Source of the DNA: Ruditapes philippinarum
Taxonomy: Eukaryota
NCBI RefSeq assembly: GCF_026571515.1
Contig: NW_026865440.1
Span: 248,001 to 312,000 of the forward strand
DNA: 64,000 nt
Reading direction: 5' to 3'
The notes beneath the pieces were generated by a model. That model ran no database searches. It was not told where the DNA came from and was given only the letters and a program-made list of their open reading frames with translations. Shown piece by piece: positions 37,301 through 52,300 of this stretch. How positions within the stretch are numbered: position 1 is the first letter of the stretch; each line of letters starts with the position of its first letter. Position numbers and translations under genes: made by a program.

Positions 37301-40300
37301 ATAACTTGTGGAAACTTTTAAAAATGTCCCCAGTACAATGTGGTACATTTACAGATATGCCTTTCTGATATCTAATATCTTTGACAGTGTCTAGAGTCAA
37401 ATAATATGCCTTTTGAAAAATGCATTCTATATATTTCATGTCGCAATCTTTGACAATGTCTCCAGCCAAATCCTGGTACATACAGAGATATGCGTTGATG
37501 ATATTTCATGTGGCAATCTTTGACAAAGTCTCCTTCCAAATCTGGTACATATAGAGATATGTTTTCTTGATATTTTATGTGGCAAACTTTGACAATGTAT
37601 CCAGCCAAATCTGGTACATATAGAGATATTCGTTCAAGATATTCCATGTTGCAACCTTTGACAATGTTTCCTTTCAAACCTGGTGCATATAGTGATAGGC
37701 GGTCTTGCTATTTCATGTAATAATCTTTGACAAAGTTTTGAGCCAAATCTGGTACCTGTAAAGACTGGCGCATTAGATATAACATGTAGCCATCTAGAAA
37801 AATGTCTCAAGACAATGCCGGTGCATGTGGAGGAATGTGTTCTTGAGGCAATGTTTGGCTATGTTTCAAGCAAAATTTGTTTCCCGTACAGATTAGAGTT
37901 GTACATATTTCATTAGGTATTCTTTGAACAGTTTATCGCAAAGTAAAAAATTTGGGGCACATAAAAGAGATTGAAGTTTCCAAATTTTTTCATTTTGGGC
38001 AATTTTTAAACAATTTTTTCAAAGGGCAAATTTTGGTACCTGTTTTGAATATTTTTTTTAAAACATAACTTGTGCAATTTTTTGACAATGTTTTCCTTTC
38101 CAATCTGGTACATTTTTAGATATGCGTTTCTTGTATTGTATGTGGCAATCTTTGACAGTGTCTCCAGTCACATATGTTGCCTTTTGTAATATGCATTCTA
38201 GATATATCATGTAGCAATCTTTGACAATGTCTCCAGCCAAATTTCGTACATACAGAGATAGGCGTTCTATACATTTCATGTGGCAATCCTTTTAAATCTG
38301 GTACATATAGATATATGCGCTCTTAACATTTCATGTAGCAACCTTTGACAATGTCACTAGTCAAACATAATGCCTTTAGAGATAGGTGTTCTAGGTATTC
38401 CATGTAGCAATCTTTGACAATGTCCCCAGCCAAATCTGGTACATATATCGATAGACGTTCTAGATATTTCATGTGGCATTCTTTGATAGTGTATCCAGCC
38501 AAATCTGGTATATATGGAGATAGGAGTTCTAGATATTTCATGTAGCAATATTTGACAATGTCTCCTATCGAATCTGGTAATATAGGGATATGCATTCTAG
38601 ATATTTCATGTGGCAATCTTTGACAATGTCTTCTTTCAAATCTGGTGCAAATAGAGATAGGCGGTCTTGATATTTCACGAAGCAATCTTTGACAATGTTT
38701 CGAGCCAAGACTGGAACCTGTAAAGACTGATGTTTTAGATATAACATATAGCCATGTAGATAATGCCTCAAGCCTAATCAGGTACACGGAGAGGTATGTG
38801 TTCTTGATATTTCTATGTGGCAATGGTTGTCTATGCTCCCAACCAAATCTGGTTCCCTTACGCATTGGAGTCCTAGATGTTTCATTTGACATTATTTGAC
38901 AGTGTCGCTAGTGAAATTTGGTACATATAGATGTTGAAGTTCCAGGTATTCCATGTGGCAATCTTCCACAATATCTCCAGCCAAATCTGGTTCTTTTTTA
39001 GGGGCAGCGTTCTAGATATTTCATATGTCAAATCTGGTACCTGTATAGGCTTTTGTTTTAGACATAAAATGTGGCATTCGTTGACAATGTCTCCTAATTT
39101 CAAAGAAAGATTGTCACAATTTATGTCTAAAACAATAGTCCATACATGTACCACATTTGACAAAAGACATTGCCAAAGATTTCAACATAAAATATCTAGA
39201 ACGCCTATCTGTATATGTACCAGATTTGGCTGGAGACATTGTCAAACATTGCTACATGAAATATCAAGAACGCAAATCTCTATATGTACCAGGTTTGATA
39301 GGAGACATTGTTAAAGATTGCCACATGAAATATCTAGAACGCATATCTCTATATTTACCAGATTTGGCTGGAGACATTGTCAAAGAATGCTACATGAAAT
39401 ATCATGAACGCATATCTCTATATGTACCAGATTTTGCTGGAAACATTGTCAAATATTGCAACGTGAAATATCTAGAACGCCTATCTCTAAAGGCATCATG
39501 TTTGACTAGAAACATTGTCAATGATTGCCACATGAAATATCTAGAACGCAAATCTCTATATGTTCCAGATTTGGCTGGAGACATTGTCAAAGATTGCTAC
39601 ATTAAAAATATCATGAACGCAAATCTCTATATGTACCAGATTTGGCTGGAGACATTGTCAAAGATTGCTACATTAAAAATATCATGAACGCATATCTCTA
39701 TATGTACCAGATTTGATAGGAGACAATGCCAAAGATTGCCACATGAAATATCTAGAACGCCTATCTCTCTAAAGGCATCATGTTTGACTAGAGACATTGT
39801 CAATGATTGCCACGTGAATTATCAAGAACGCATATATCTATACGTACCAGATTTGGCTTGAGACACTATCAAAGATTGCCACATGAAATATCTAGAACGC
39901 CATCGATATACGTACCAGATTTGGCTAGAGGCATTGTGAAAGATTGCCAGATGAAATATCAATAGTGCAAATATCCAGCCAAATCTGGTACATTTTGAAA
40001 TATGCTTTCTTGATATTTCATGTTGCAACATTTGACGATATCTCCAGTTAAAACTTGGTGCCTTTACAGAAAGACGTTCTAGATATTTTATGTGGCATTT
40101 TGTGACAATGTCCCCAGCCAAATCTGGTACCTATATGGACTATTGTTTTAGACATCACTTGTGGCAATCTATGACAATGTCTCCAGTCCGGTCTGGTAAT
40201 TTACAGATATACCTTTCTGATATTTTATGTCGCAATCTTTGACAGTGTCTCCAGTCAAATATGTTGACTTTCGAAAAATGCATATTAGATATTTCATGCA

Positions 40301-43300
40301 GCAATCTTTGACAATGTCTCCAGACAAATCTGGTACCTGTATGAACTATTGTTTTAAACATAACTTGTGGCAATCTTTGACAATGTTTCTAGTCCGATCT
40401 GGTACATTTACAGACAAGCTTTTCTGATATTTTATATTGCAATGTTTGACAATGTCTTCAGACAAATCTGGTACCTGTATGAACTATTGTTTTAAACATA
40501 ATTTGTGACAATCTTCGACAATGTCTCCAGTCCGATCTGGTACATTTACAGACAAGCATTTCTGACATTTCACGTAGCAATCTTTGACAATATCTGTAGA
40601 CAAATCAGCTGTATATATTTAATGTGGCAATCTTTGATAATGTCTCCAACCAAATCTGGTACATATAAAGATATGCGTTCATGACATTTCATGTAGCAAT
40701 CTATGACAATTTCACTAGTCAAACCATGTGCCTTAAGAGATATGCGTCTAGATATTTCACGTAGCAATCTTTGACACTATCTCCAGTCAAATCTGTTTGA
40801 TTTAGAGTTATGCGTTATTGATGTTTCATTTGGCAATCTTTGACAATGTCTACAGCCAAATCTGGTACATGTCGAAATTGGAGTTGTAGATAGTTCATTA
40901 GGCAATCTTTGACAATGTCTCCTTTCAAATCTGTTACATTTGATGCATGTAGAAATTGATGTTTCAGTTATTTTATTTGGTAATCTACGACAATGTCTCC
41001 ATCCAAATCTGGTACCTGTAAATGTATGCGTTAAAGATATTTCATGTGGCAATCTTCGACAATGTCCACAGCCTATTCTGGGACTTGTAGAGATTGGCGT
41101 TGTAGATTTTTCATATGGCAATCTTTGACAATGTATCTAGCAAAATCTGGTACCTTTTGAAGTTAGCGTTTTAGATAAATCTAGAACGCCTGCCTAAAAA
41201 GGAACCAGATTTGGCTGCAGACATTTTCAGCAATTGCGACATGAAATATCGAGAACGCCTATCTCCAACGGCACTAGATTTGACTGGAGACATTATCAAA
41301 GATTGCCACATTTAATATCTAGAATGATATCTTATCATAGATTGCTCATGAAATATATAGAACGACTATATCCACAGGCACCAGATTTGGATGGAGACAT
41401 TGTCAAAGATTGTCACATGTAATATCTAGAACACCTGCCTAAAAAGGAACCAGATTTGGAAGGAGATATTGTCAAAGATTGCAACATAAAATATCTAACC
41501 CCTTAACCCTTTTACCTGTTTTTTTTTTTTCTTAATTTATAAAATGAAAATAACGCGATTTCATATTTCAAACAAAAATGCAATAAAATAATTAAAAAAA
41601 ATAAAACTGCGTGGGTAATTTGATATAGATATAGATTGATATAGATCAGTTTGATATGCATACCACTCACTGTGGTATTTGACATTATTACCCCTCACTT
41701 TTTTCGTAATGTTAATTTCCCATAAGCCTCTGGGAGTTATTGCATGTTACTGTTAATGCAAGTGTACCACGTGACTAAGAATTTTGTACTGTTACATAGG
41801 TAACAGTATTTTTTAACAGTATAAAATCTGGTCACGTGGTATATTTTCTAAATAAAATGAAATAAAATGGCCGCCATTTTTTTCTCGATTCATTCTTTTT
41901 TTTCGACGATAGGGCATCGCCGAAGAAACTATTACTCTCATAAAATTTAGTTCTCTGCACCCTAGAGTTCCTTTCGCGTATAAAAATATTTTTTTGTTGA
42001 ATAGTCAAAAGGAAACATCCGTTTTCAACGGAAGTAATTGTAAAGTGAATAATTTTGTGTCAAACTGGAACATGCAGACGATTAAAGCATGCAAAAAGGA
42101 TTATTTAAGAATTTTAACCAGTGAAACGTTACAGATAGAGTTGTTGGACAGACATCTGTAGGATATTATCGTTATTTTCTCAAAAAGCATGCGAAGAATA
42201 TTTTGGAAGCAGAAGGATCAGATTTCACAGAGCATAACCTTATAAATGGGTTAGTGTTTTGTTTTATAAATAAAACACCGCTTATTTTATGTTTATGACT
42301 GGTAGATATCATCGCTTGCCTAACGAATTAAAGAAAAACAGCTTCTCAAGTAGGCTTACAGTACACTTAAAACTTGCAATTTTAAGGTAAGGACAGTTTA
42401 GTTATTGCTTCTCTTGGTTTATTTTTGTTACAGACAAAGTCAGATCATCACAGTATTTGTTCAGGGTAATAAAATAAATAACACATGGGTTTGTGGGTTA
42501 CAGTAAAAATATCGGCTACGCCTCGGGTAACAGTATTTTCCTCATGATGATATTTTTACTGTTACCCACAAACCCATGTGTTATTTATATATTATTACCC
42601 TTCACTTTTTCCGTAATGCTAATTTCCCATAGGCCTCTGGGAGTTATTTTTACTGTTATTGCAAGTATACCACGTGACTAAGAATTTTGTACTGTTACAT
42701 AGGTAACAGTATTTTTTTAGAGGTCACATGGTCTATTTCCTAAATAAAATGAAATAAAATGGCCGCCATTTTTTCTCTCGATTCATTCTTATATTCAACG
42801 TTAAACCCCGATAGGACATCAATTTCTACTCTGGAGTCACTATGACACTCATAAAATTTAGTTGTTTGCACCCTGGTGTGCTTTTCGCGTATAAAATATC
42901 TTTTTGTTGAATTGTCAAACAGTGAACATCCGTTTTCAACGGAAGTAATTGCAATGTAAATAATTATGTGTCAAACTGGACATAGGATATCATCGTTATT
43001 TGTCAAAAACCATGCTAAGAATATTCTGGATTCAGATTTCACAGATCATAACCGTGTAAATGGGTTAGTGTTTTGTTTCCTAAATAAAACCTAGCTTATT
43101 GTATGTTTATGATATCATCACTTCCTTAAAGAATAAAACAAAAAGAAAACTTCTCAAGTAGGCCTACAGTAAAGTACACTTAAAACTTAAAAGGTAAGGA
43201 CAGTTTAGTTATTGTTACTCTTGGTTTATTTTTGTTACAGTTAGATTTAGTTGACAATTTTAGATCATCTCAGTATTTTTGTTCGGGGTGATAAAATAAA

Positions 43301-46300
43301 TAACACATGGGTTTGTGAGTAACAGTAAAATATCATCCTTCGTAAAAATACTGTTACCCGAGGCGTAGCCGAGGGTAACAGTATTTTTCCTCGGGATGAT
43401 ATTTTTACTGTTACCCACAAGCCCATGTTTTATTTATATACTGACACATGTATCAACTAACAATAATGAAAATAACATAATAATTAAGGTGCTATTCAAT
43501 AATGTGGTGCACAGGTACGATTTAATTATTTCGAAATCAATACCATTATTACAATTTTGAGATAGATAAGGAACTTTAGATAAATTATAGTACATAACAT
43601 AACTCTTAAATAATTAGTCGAACATAGTCATCGAACAGTTCAATCTTTATTGTATAATACAAAATATATCTTCCATTAAGTTAATAGTTATGATTTGTTA
43701 TTATCATGTATTTGTCATATTGTATTATGACACTATCCCCTTATTTTTAGAGTTAACGAGTACAGTTATGATAGACATCATTATAATAAGTTTAAGTGGG
43801 CCGATGTAGTAAATGGCTCATTTGATTGGTGATAAAATGTCTTGATGCCGAAATGACTAGAAATCGGATAATTTAGTGGTGCCATACCTTTGCAAGGATC
43901 CCGTCGCACCAATTTCAAAAAGGAAATCTCATTTTTGGAGTACTTTTACAGGAGAGTGATATTTATAAAAAAAACTGACATTTAGCGTTAACATTGCGAC
44001 AATTAACGGTCCTGAATTTTTGTGTGTGACATTCAGCTCTGAAAGTTCAGTATTTACCATCAAGGCGATTGTGACATTTATGACCATCCTTGTGACATTT
44101 AGAGGCGTTGCTAGAGCACATTACAAAGTTTGAAACAGACATCTGTGGTCATGCTATTTTGTTAGTACTTCAACGTTTACTGGAGTGTTAAATGTATAAA
44201 AAAAACTAATTACGATATTTAGCGTTGATTTTGCGACATTAAGGTAAGATCTCCATAATGCATTACCTCCGCCTTAAAGAGTATTCATATTGGCTAGAAT
44301 TACTGTCAATTGCATTGAAACTGTGGGAGATGAGTTTAAACCCCAGAAAGGGCAATTATTTTCTTTATTGGGTCGCTGCGCGTGCCAAAGTAATAACTAC
44401 ACAACCACGCTTACTACCAACCGAATTTTCGGCTAAAATAGACATGCATGATCATAGTAAATAGTTCCGTATGTTCGGTAACAATTTAGAAAATCCGTAC
44501 ATTCATTCATTACAGGAGGATTATCATACATTTTGAAATGTACTGGGTATCATGATATCGAAAATTACAGTAAATTTGTGTTGTGTACAAAAATTATATG
44601 AATGCGCGACTGAATCGATCACGTGACAGGTCAGCCATGTTTCTTCGATGTAAACAAGCTGTTTTCAACTGCAGACATCCAGAATATTTTGAAGAAATTG
44701 TAAGTTATTCAGTAATTTTGTCAGTTACCTTGATTAGCTATATCCTGGATTAGACCCCGGGTCTAAACCAGGAGTATATATTAGGTTCATTCCGTTTTCT
44801 TTAGTGTATTAAATACAAGTTTTACTAGGGGGTCTAATCCAGGAGACATTCGGAACTGCCTCGGCTATTATCTATAATAACCTCGGAAACAATACGGATT
44901 GAAAGTAGTTCTACCACGTGGTTTCAGATGTAAACAGAAACAGAGATAATGTAAAACGAATGTATATATTTGACATCTAATGTCTGTTTCGGTACTCTTA
45001 TGCTTGAAAATATGTCTGACAACAATCTGTAACCACTTATGTTCAATTTACGTAAAAGAAGATATCTAGAGGTTTTTTCTATTTTTAGCTCTCTTGACCC
45101 CTAAAAGGGGCCTATTGAAATCATATGAGCAAAGTTAGGTGTGACTGTCACAAGGATGCTACAGACCAAATTTGAAGTAAAATAGATAGATAAATACAGA
45201 ATCCCTAAAGAAAGCCCAACACGGCAAAATTGAAAATGTTGCAGGCTCGGTTTGATTGAGCCTGTTCATGGTTTCAGCGGTTTCAGAGAAGAAGATGATT
45301 GTTGACGCATGACGACTGACGCCGGACGCTGGAGTATCCCCCTTTGATACTGATAGCTCACCCTGAGCCTTCGGCTCTGGTGAGCTAATAAAAAAGACAT
45401 TTTGTGGAATTGACATTTGTGACAAAATATATATAAGAGAGGAGTATCTACCGTTTATACAGGTGGTTAAAAAAACTTGTTTTACTTCCCCTATGTAAGA
45501 CTAGTCACGTGCTTTAAATGACGTCATTGCCGCGCACCTTTTATGAATGAATTGCATAGTTATGATGACGTCAATGTGCCTTTATATATGAAGCTGTAAA
45601 TCCATACGCTACTATATGATGCTACCCGAGAAGGTTTTGGACACAGGAATGTTTAAAAAGTGAACAAAGGACAATAACTCCAAAATTAGACAAGACAGAG
45701 TAATGGTCTTTTGCACTGCACTTCTATTCAATGAGACAAATAACTCCAAAATTAGACAAGGCTATGTTTGGTTGCTAGCATTGCAGTTCTATCCAATGAG
45801 ATATATCTACCTACAAAGTTTCATGTTGGTATCTCTTACAGATTTAGACTTATGTCCCGGACAAAAGTTAAAAAGTTAAAGCAAACAAAGGGCAATACTG
45901 TAGGCTCCGCTTATTACGAATTTAATGGGACATTTAAATATCGTTTGTAATATCCGAAGTTCGCTTAAATCGAAGTAGCAAAAACATGTGAATTGTTTAG
46001 TGGGCAAATTCGCCTTGAAAAAGACATACCTGTCACCGTTGTAATAGGTTTTTTAAGGCAGTTGTAATTTTATGCGATGCATTCTATTAAACAATATAAT
46101 TATTATGTACATGAATTTAGAAACTTAGGACTTGTGTAATTACCAATCAAACATATTGCCGACATCCAGTGCTGACGAACAAGACGAATCACAGAGTAGA
46201 CCAGTGACCCCTATGCGGGGCCTCAGACAGTAGACAATGACCCATATTACTAGACAAGACAATTTGTATGCGTATGATTTCAATAGACATTCGGTAAATG

Positions 46301-49300
46301 TACCGTATGAATACTGTTATATGTTACTAAAAACTTTCACTTAGTGTATTATAACTGGATTTTAAATATTAACTATGACTCGTTTGTGCATGACAATGGC
46401 TATAGGTAAACGGACTATTTTTACTTGTATATCGGACTTATTAAATCATGGTACGTTCTACTTTATTTTCAAGCGTTTTTCATGAATACTTATCGAAACC
46501 TGTTTAATGGTAGTTTAATACCTTTTAGCCTGCAGAGATACATGTTTTTATGTAGCTACAATTATGCATTGTACAACTATATTTCTTTCATATTAACCTA
46601 TAAAAAATTATTATGAAATTACGGTCAACCCCTACTATAATAGAGTGTATCGAAATGTTAATTCGTTTGATATGACTAGAAGCGGCAATTTTCAGTTTGA
46701 TAATCCATTACTTCGATTGAATAATTTTTCGGAAGTTACGCCTGACCAACGTACGTTAAAATAATGATAACTGTCTCAATATCCTTACAATTAACGTGGG
46801 AGGATTAATGTCTCGACTAAAGTATCAAAGAATTTATTGACCATATTAATAAATATTGTTTAGTAGGCAGTACAGGAAAACTAAATGTGATGATTTGAGT
46901 TACGTTAGCGTTCCCGGTTTTGACGTTTATTATGAAAAAATAGGAAGTCTATCATGAATAAAAAAGTGGAGGAATTGCTCTGCTTGTAAGAAATGATATC
47001 TCTAAATATATTAACATAAAAGAATCAGAAAGTAAATTGGCACTATGGTTTACCATTTCGAAAGAATTATGTAATCTAGAAACAGACATACTATGCGCAG
47101 TATAATTCTATTTATGCTGTAGATGAGCCTTATGTAGAAATTCAAGATGAACTAAACGTTTTCTCTAGAAATACTGATTCATTATGCTTGTTTGGAGATT
47201 TCAATTCTCGAACTAAAAGTCTAAAAGATTATATAACGCTTGATACCGAACTTTTCGAAAGTCAGCATTTAGATGATATCGCCGACGAATATGAGTTTGA
47301 AATGAGCAGATTTGATAGTTCTTTATACGTACATAAGTTGCAGGTAAATTGCGACAAAACTTTGAATACATATGGAAGTAAGCTTTCTTAATAACTTATA
47401 TATACTAAATGGCCGTACTACTAATGACATGCCTGGAAAAGTTACTTGTAAAGGCCTGAGTACAGTTGATTATTTTATTTGTAACTCGAAAATATTCAAG
47501 TATGTCACATCTCTACAGGTATGTGATTTTTGCCCGTTATTTTCAGACGTCCATAGTTCGGTTGAACTGAAATTGTCATTTAAGCTAAATAATCTAATCA
47601 AAACACAGTGCGACGAGGCTCCGACTGTGAAGCTTTGGGATCAAAAAAGGGCTGATAACTTTATCAATATCATTGATCAAAATAAAATACAAATGTTAAA
47701 CAGCAGTCTTGATAACATTATAGTAAGTGACGACATCGGTCAAAATGATCTAAATATGTTAGTTAACGAAATATCAACTCTTTTCATCACGTACAGCGTT
47801 TGGCTATGAATTAAATTATAATAATACAAATGATACACAAAGCAATAAATCTAATCCCTCATGGTTCGGACCCAAATGTAAGAAAGCTCGAAGAAATTTT
47901 CATACTGCTAAATACTTATATAAACTTCGGAAAAACAATGAAACAAAAGAAAATCTTAGAAGAAAAGCAAATATATACAAAAATACAATGAAGAAATTCC
48001 ATGACAAAAACAAATATTCTAATGTTTACAAGTTAAGGAAAATAAAAGGCAATGACTCTAGAAAATACTGGAAAATTTTAAAAGGCAAAAAGGAAAATAA
48101 AACTGAAGCAAATATAACAGATTTATTCAATTATTTCAAAGGAGTAAACTATAGTACAGGTGAAAGCAATGTAGGTGCGAATAATAATAATAATAATAAT
48201 AATGATAATAATAATAATAGCAATAATTATAATAATAATAATAATAATAATAACTTACTTACTTAATATGCCTATTGATATCAATGAAGTCGTTAAAGCA
48301 GTTAATAATCTAAAAAATAACAAAGCGAGTGGTTATGATAACATAGTAAATGAACAGATTAAGGCCTCTCTCTCTTTGATGAAACATGTTTATGTCAAAT
48401 TATTCAACTAAGTGCTTGATATGGGTTTCATCCCAGAACACTGGACAGTTGGAATCATCAATCCAATCTATAAAAACAAGGGTGATCCTGTTAAACCAGA
48501 AACTTATAGACCAATTACATTATTTAGTTGCCTAGGCAAAGTTTTCACAAGCATATTAAATAAAAGAATCACTGGTTATGTAGAGTCAAATGATATTGTT
48601 AATAACACACAAGCAGGATTAAGAAAAGGTTTTTCAACCTCAGATAATATATTCATTCTACACCATATCATTCAATATTCAAATAATACCGGAAAAAACT
48701 ATTTTGCTCATTTATTGATTTAAAACAGGCATTTGATACTGTGTGGAGAAATGGTCTATGGGAAAAATTAATTAATGCTAATATACAAGGTTAAATGTCT
48801 GCAGGTTATACAAAATATGTACAAAGGAATTAAATCATGTGTGAAGGTAAATTGTCAACTATCTAACTTTTTTCTCATGTAATATAGGTGTTCGTCAAGG
48901 GGAAAATTTATCTCCCTTGCTCTTCTCGATGTATTTGAATGATCTTAAAGATTTTTCAAAATAATAGTAATACACGTGGAACTTTGCTTCATAATGATCA
49001 GAATATAAACGAGCTATATACAATTTTTTACAAATCTTTATTCTGTTTATACGCAGATGACACTGTTATTATGGCCGAGACAGCAAAATGACTTAAAAGA
49101 AGCGCTTAATACATATGAAAGATATTGCGATATTTGGAAACTTACAGTCAATATTTCTAAAACCAAGATAGTTGTATTTTCAAAAGGGAGACAAAGAAAT
49201 TATCATTTCACTTATAAAAATGAACAAATCGAAATAGTAAATGAATATAAATATCTCGGCATATTTTTTTCATAGAAGTGGTTCTTTCGCTAAAAACTAA

Positions 49301-52300
49301 GACACATATTGCAGAACAAGCTACAAGATCGATGTACAGCCTGATAAGAAATTCAAATAGATTAAATTTACCAATTGACTTACAAATTGAACTTTTTAAT
49401 AAAACTGTTAAACCAATATTACTTTATGGTTCTGAAATCTGGGGATACGGTAATCTTGACGTTATTGAACGCGTACAACTCAAATTTTTAAAACATATCC
49501 TTAAACTTAAACGTTCGACGGCCAGTAATTTCATATACGGTGAAACGGGATGCATGCCATTGTCTATAGATATCGGAGAAAGAATAGTTTCATTTTGGGC
49601 GCGTCTCCTTCAGAACGAAAATGGTTTAATACCAAATAAATTATCATACTTTGTGTATCGTCATATGCTAAGAAATACAGTAGATATTAATGATAATGAT
49701 TTTGAACGTAATTATCCGTGGATTTATAATTTAAAATCAATACTAATAAAATGCGGTATCAACAATGTTTGGATTGATCATAATTTTCCCGGTACCAAAT
49801 GGTTAAAATTAACAGTAAAACAAAAGCTAAAAGATGTTTTCTTAAATGAATGGTATTCAAAGATAAATGAATCGAGCAATAGTTCTTTTTACAAAATTTT
49901 TAAAAAATCTTTTGGAATAGAACCTTAGCTTTCGTACTCCCAAAATGCAATGATTTTTGATTATGTCAAATTCAGAACAAGAAACCATAGATTACCAGTT
50001 GAAACTGGAAATTGGTCAAATATACCTGTCAATGAAAGAATGTGCATTTATTGTAGAAATATAATCGGTGATGAGTTTCATTATCTTTTCGAATGTAATA
50101 GATTTTTCTAATGAAAGAAGACAATTTATTAAAACCATATTTTTATAGACGTCCTAATATGTATAAATTAGAACAACTTTTTACAATGAAAGATTCGCCT
50201 GCATTTTATAAACTATGCAAATTCTTAATGATTTTTATAAAGAAATGTAAGAATGTAATCAAATATTTATTTTTCATTTTAAAAGTCAGTTGTTATTTTG
50301 TAATGTTCTGAGATATAGTTTTTTTTTAATGATATTCACTTACCACTTTCTTTACTATACAGCAAAGGTCCTTTTTACCTCACATATACTTTTTTTCATT
50401 TCTCATAAGACTAAGTTTTTGCTGTACTTTTATAGTATTAAACGATTAATCACTGGTTTATTTCATGAATCATCTTTTCATTTCAAAATTTGCTTTTTTA
50501 GAAATAAGTTACAAGTTATAGTAAATAAGCATTTTTGTATGGAAATTAAAATATTACTTTAATTTATTTTACAAACTTTTATGACAAATTATATCACAAT
50601 TTATAGCTACATTCTCCTAGTAATAAATATCTTACATTCTGTTCAAGCAGTATTTAAATGTTTGTAAAATTCAAGGTTTTGCTTTTTTCTTAATAAGTTA
50701 AAAATAATTAAAAATTGTTTCCTAAGCAAAATATGCATATAATTTTAATAATATGTAATAGATATGTTGATATTGTTTAGTAATTATATTCTGATCTCAA
50801 TTTGTATAAATGCCTCGTTAAATATTTTGACATTATCCTCATATTACATGTTGTATGCATGTTTGAGTGAATAAAAGATGTGTTGTTGTTGTTGTTGTTG
50901 TTATAAAATGATTACTATTTCAACTATTTTGCTATTTGTTTTGTTATCATTTGGTTAATTTTCATACATAGAATCGATAATTTGGTAATTATCGGGTATT
51001 TACGGTTACTTTTCTAACAAGGGTGCGAAAAACAAGTAGGAAATTATGTTGTGAGAACATTTTATCAAAATTCTTATTTCCTGAAGCCATAACTTAACTG
51101 TGCAATAACTCAATTGACTGATTATCGGATAGCAGTAACAATGTACTGGTCTTTAAACGAGTGAATCCCGATCTTTCAATTATAACAGATTGTTTAAACC
51201 GAGGGAATTTATGTGTTTACTAGAAAACGTTGTTCGCTATAGCCGAAAATTCGTTTTAAGCCAGTACGTATTAAGCGATGGTATTTAATATAAAATAAAG
51301 AAGGAATCAGATTTCAGATTTAGTTCGCTATTAACGATAGTTCGTTATAAGTGAGTTCGTTATAAGTGGGGTCAACTGTATCTTCACAATAAGGCAAGGC
51401 AGAGTTATGGTTCTTTAGCATTGCACATCTACCTAATGAGATCTATTAACCTATAAAGTTTCATGTTATAATTTTAGAGTTATGTCCCGGATAAAGTTCA
51501 AAGTGTTAGAATGAACAAAGGGCAATAACTTTAAAATTAGGTAAGACAGAGTAATGGTTCTTCAGTTTCATGTTGATATCTCTTATTGTTTTAGAGTAAT
51601 GTCCCGGACAATGTTCAAGTGTTCAACTGTAAATAAACAAAGGGCAATAACTCCAAAATTAGACAAGAAAGTGTTATGGTTCTTTAGCATTGCACTTTTA
51701 CACAATGAGATCTATCTACTTACAAAGTTTCATGTTGATATCTCTTACAGTTTTAGAGTAATGTCCCAGACAAAGTTCAATGTGTCAAAATGAACAGAGG
51801 GCAATAACTCCAAAAACACGTTCAAACATTAAATTCAAGTTGAAATATGTTATTTGTGAACAATTTATATATCCAAATTATGCAATTTTAACTCAGTTTT
51901 ATATACTTCTTCTTTGTTTTCATGATTGCTACTATAAGGTCACACACATTAAATTAACCAATGAAAACTTACCATTTCATTTGACAGCGGAGTTTTGAAA
52001 GAAAAAAAAGAGTTTTTTTAAATTTAGTTAAAACGTGCTTACATGTGACATTAAATATGTGACAATCGTTATATAATAACTGGAATTCAATGTTTTAGTT
52101 AACATGCTTGGAATACTTTCTTACGAATGAGAAACAGCTAAATGTATGTTTACTTGTGGTATTTTGGAAATTTCCGTGGCACAAAACATGTCGACGTCGC
52201 AATTTTAACGTATTTTTTCACGTTTGATAAATCATTTATCGTCAATGAATATAGATGGCTTAATATTTTTAACAGTTACCGACATATATATCTATTGTGT

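Larger units (their letters stand above)
45898..51378. mobile_element. Tc1/pogo-like MITE (TA TSD) interrupted by a LINE
   Basis: TA-ctgtaggctccgcttattacgaa ... ttcgttataagtggggtcaactg-TA. Confidence 0.6.
45655..51815 (+). repeat. Helentron-type tandem array (aaagggcaataactccaaaattagacaag...) split by nested insertions
   Basis: Units at 45655-45897 resume at 51381-51815. Confidence 0.6.

Noticed and set aside
33930-41496. Many 60-190-aa repeat ORFs (e.g. 39157-39687) and a CRISPR-like periodicity
   Set aside because: These are translations of a 69-bp satellite with frequent stops and indels. There are no unique spacers or cas genes, and the context is eukaryotic.
47988-48411. Poly-Asn and poly-Ile proteins
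   Set aside because: (AAT)n expansion within a dead LINE ORF2.
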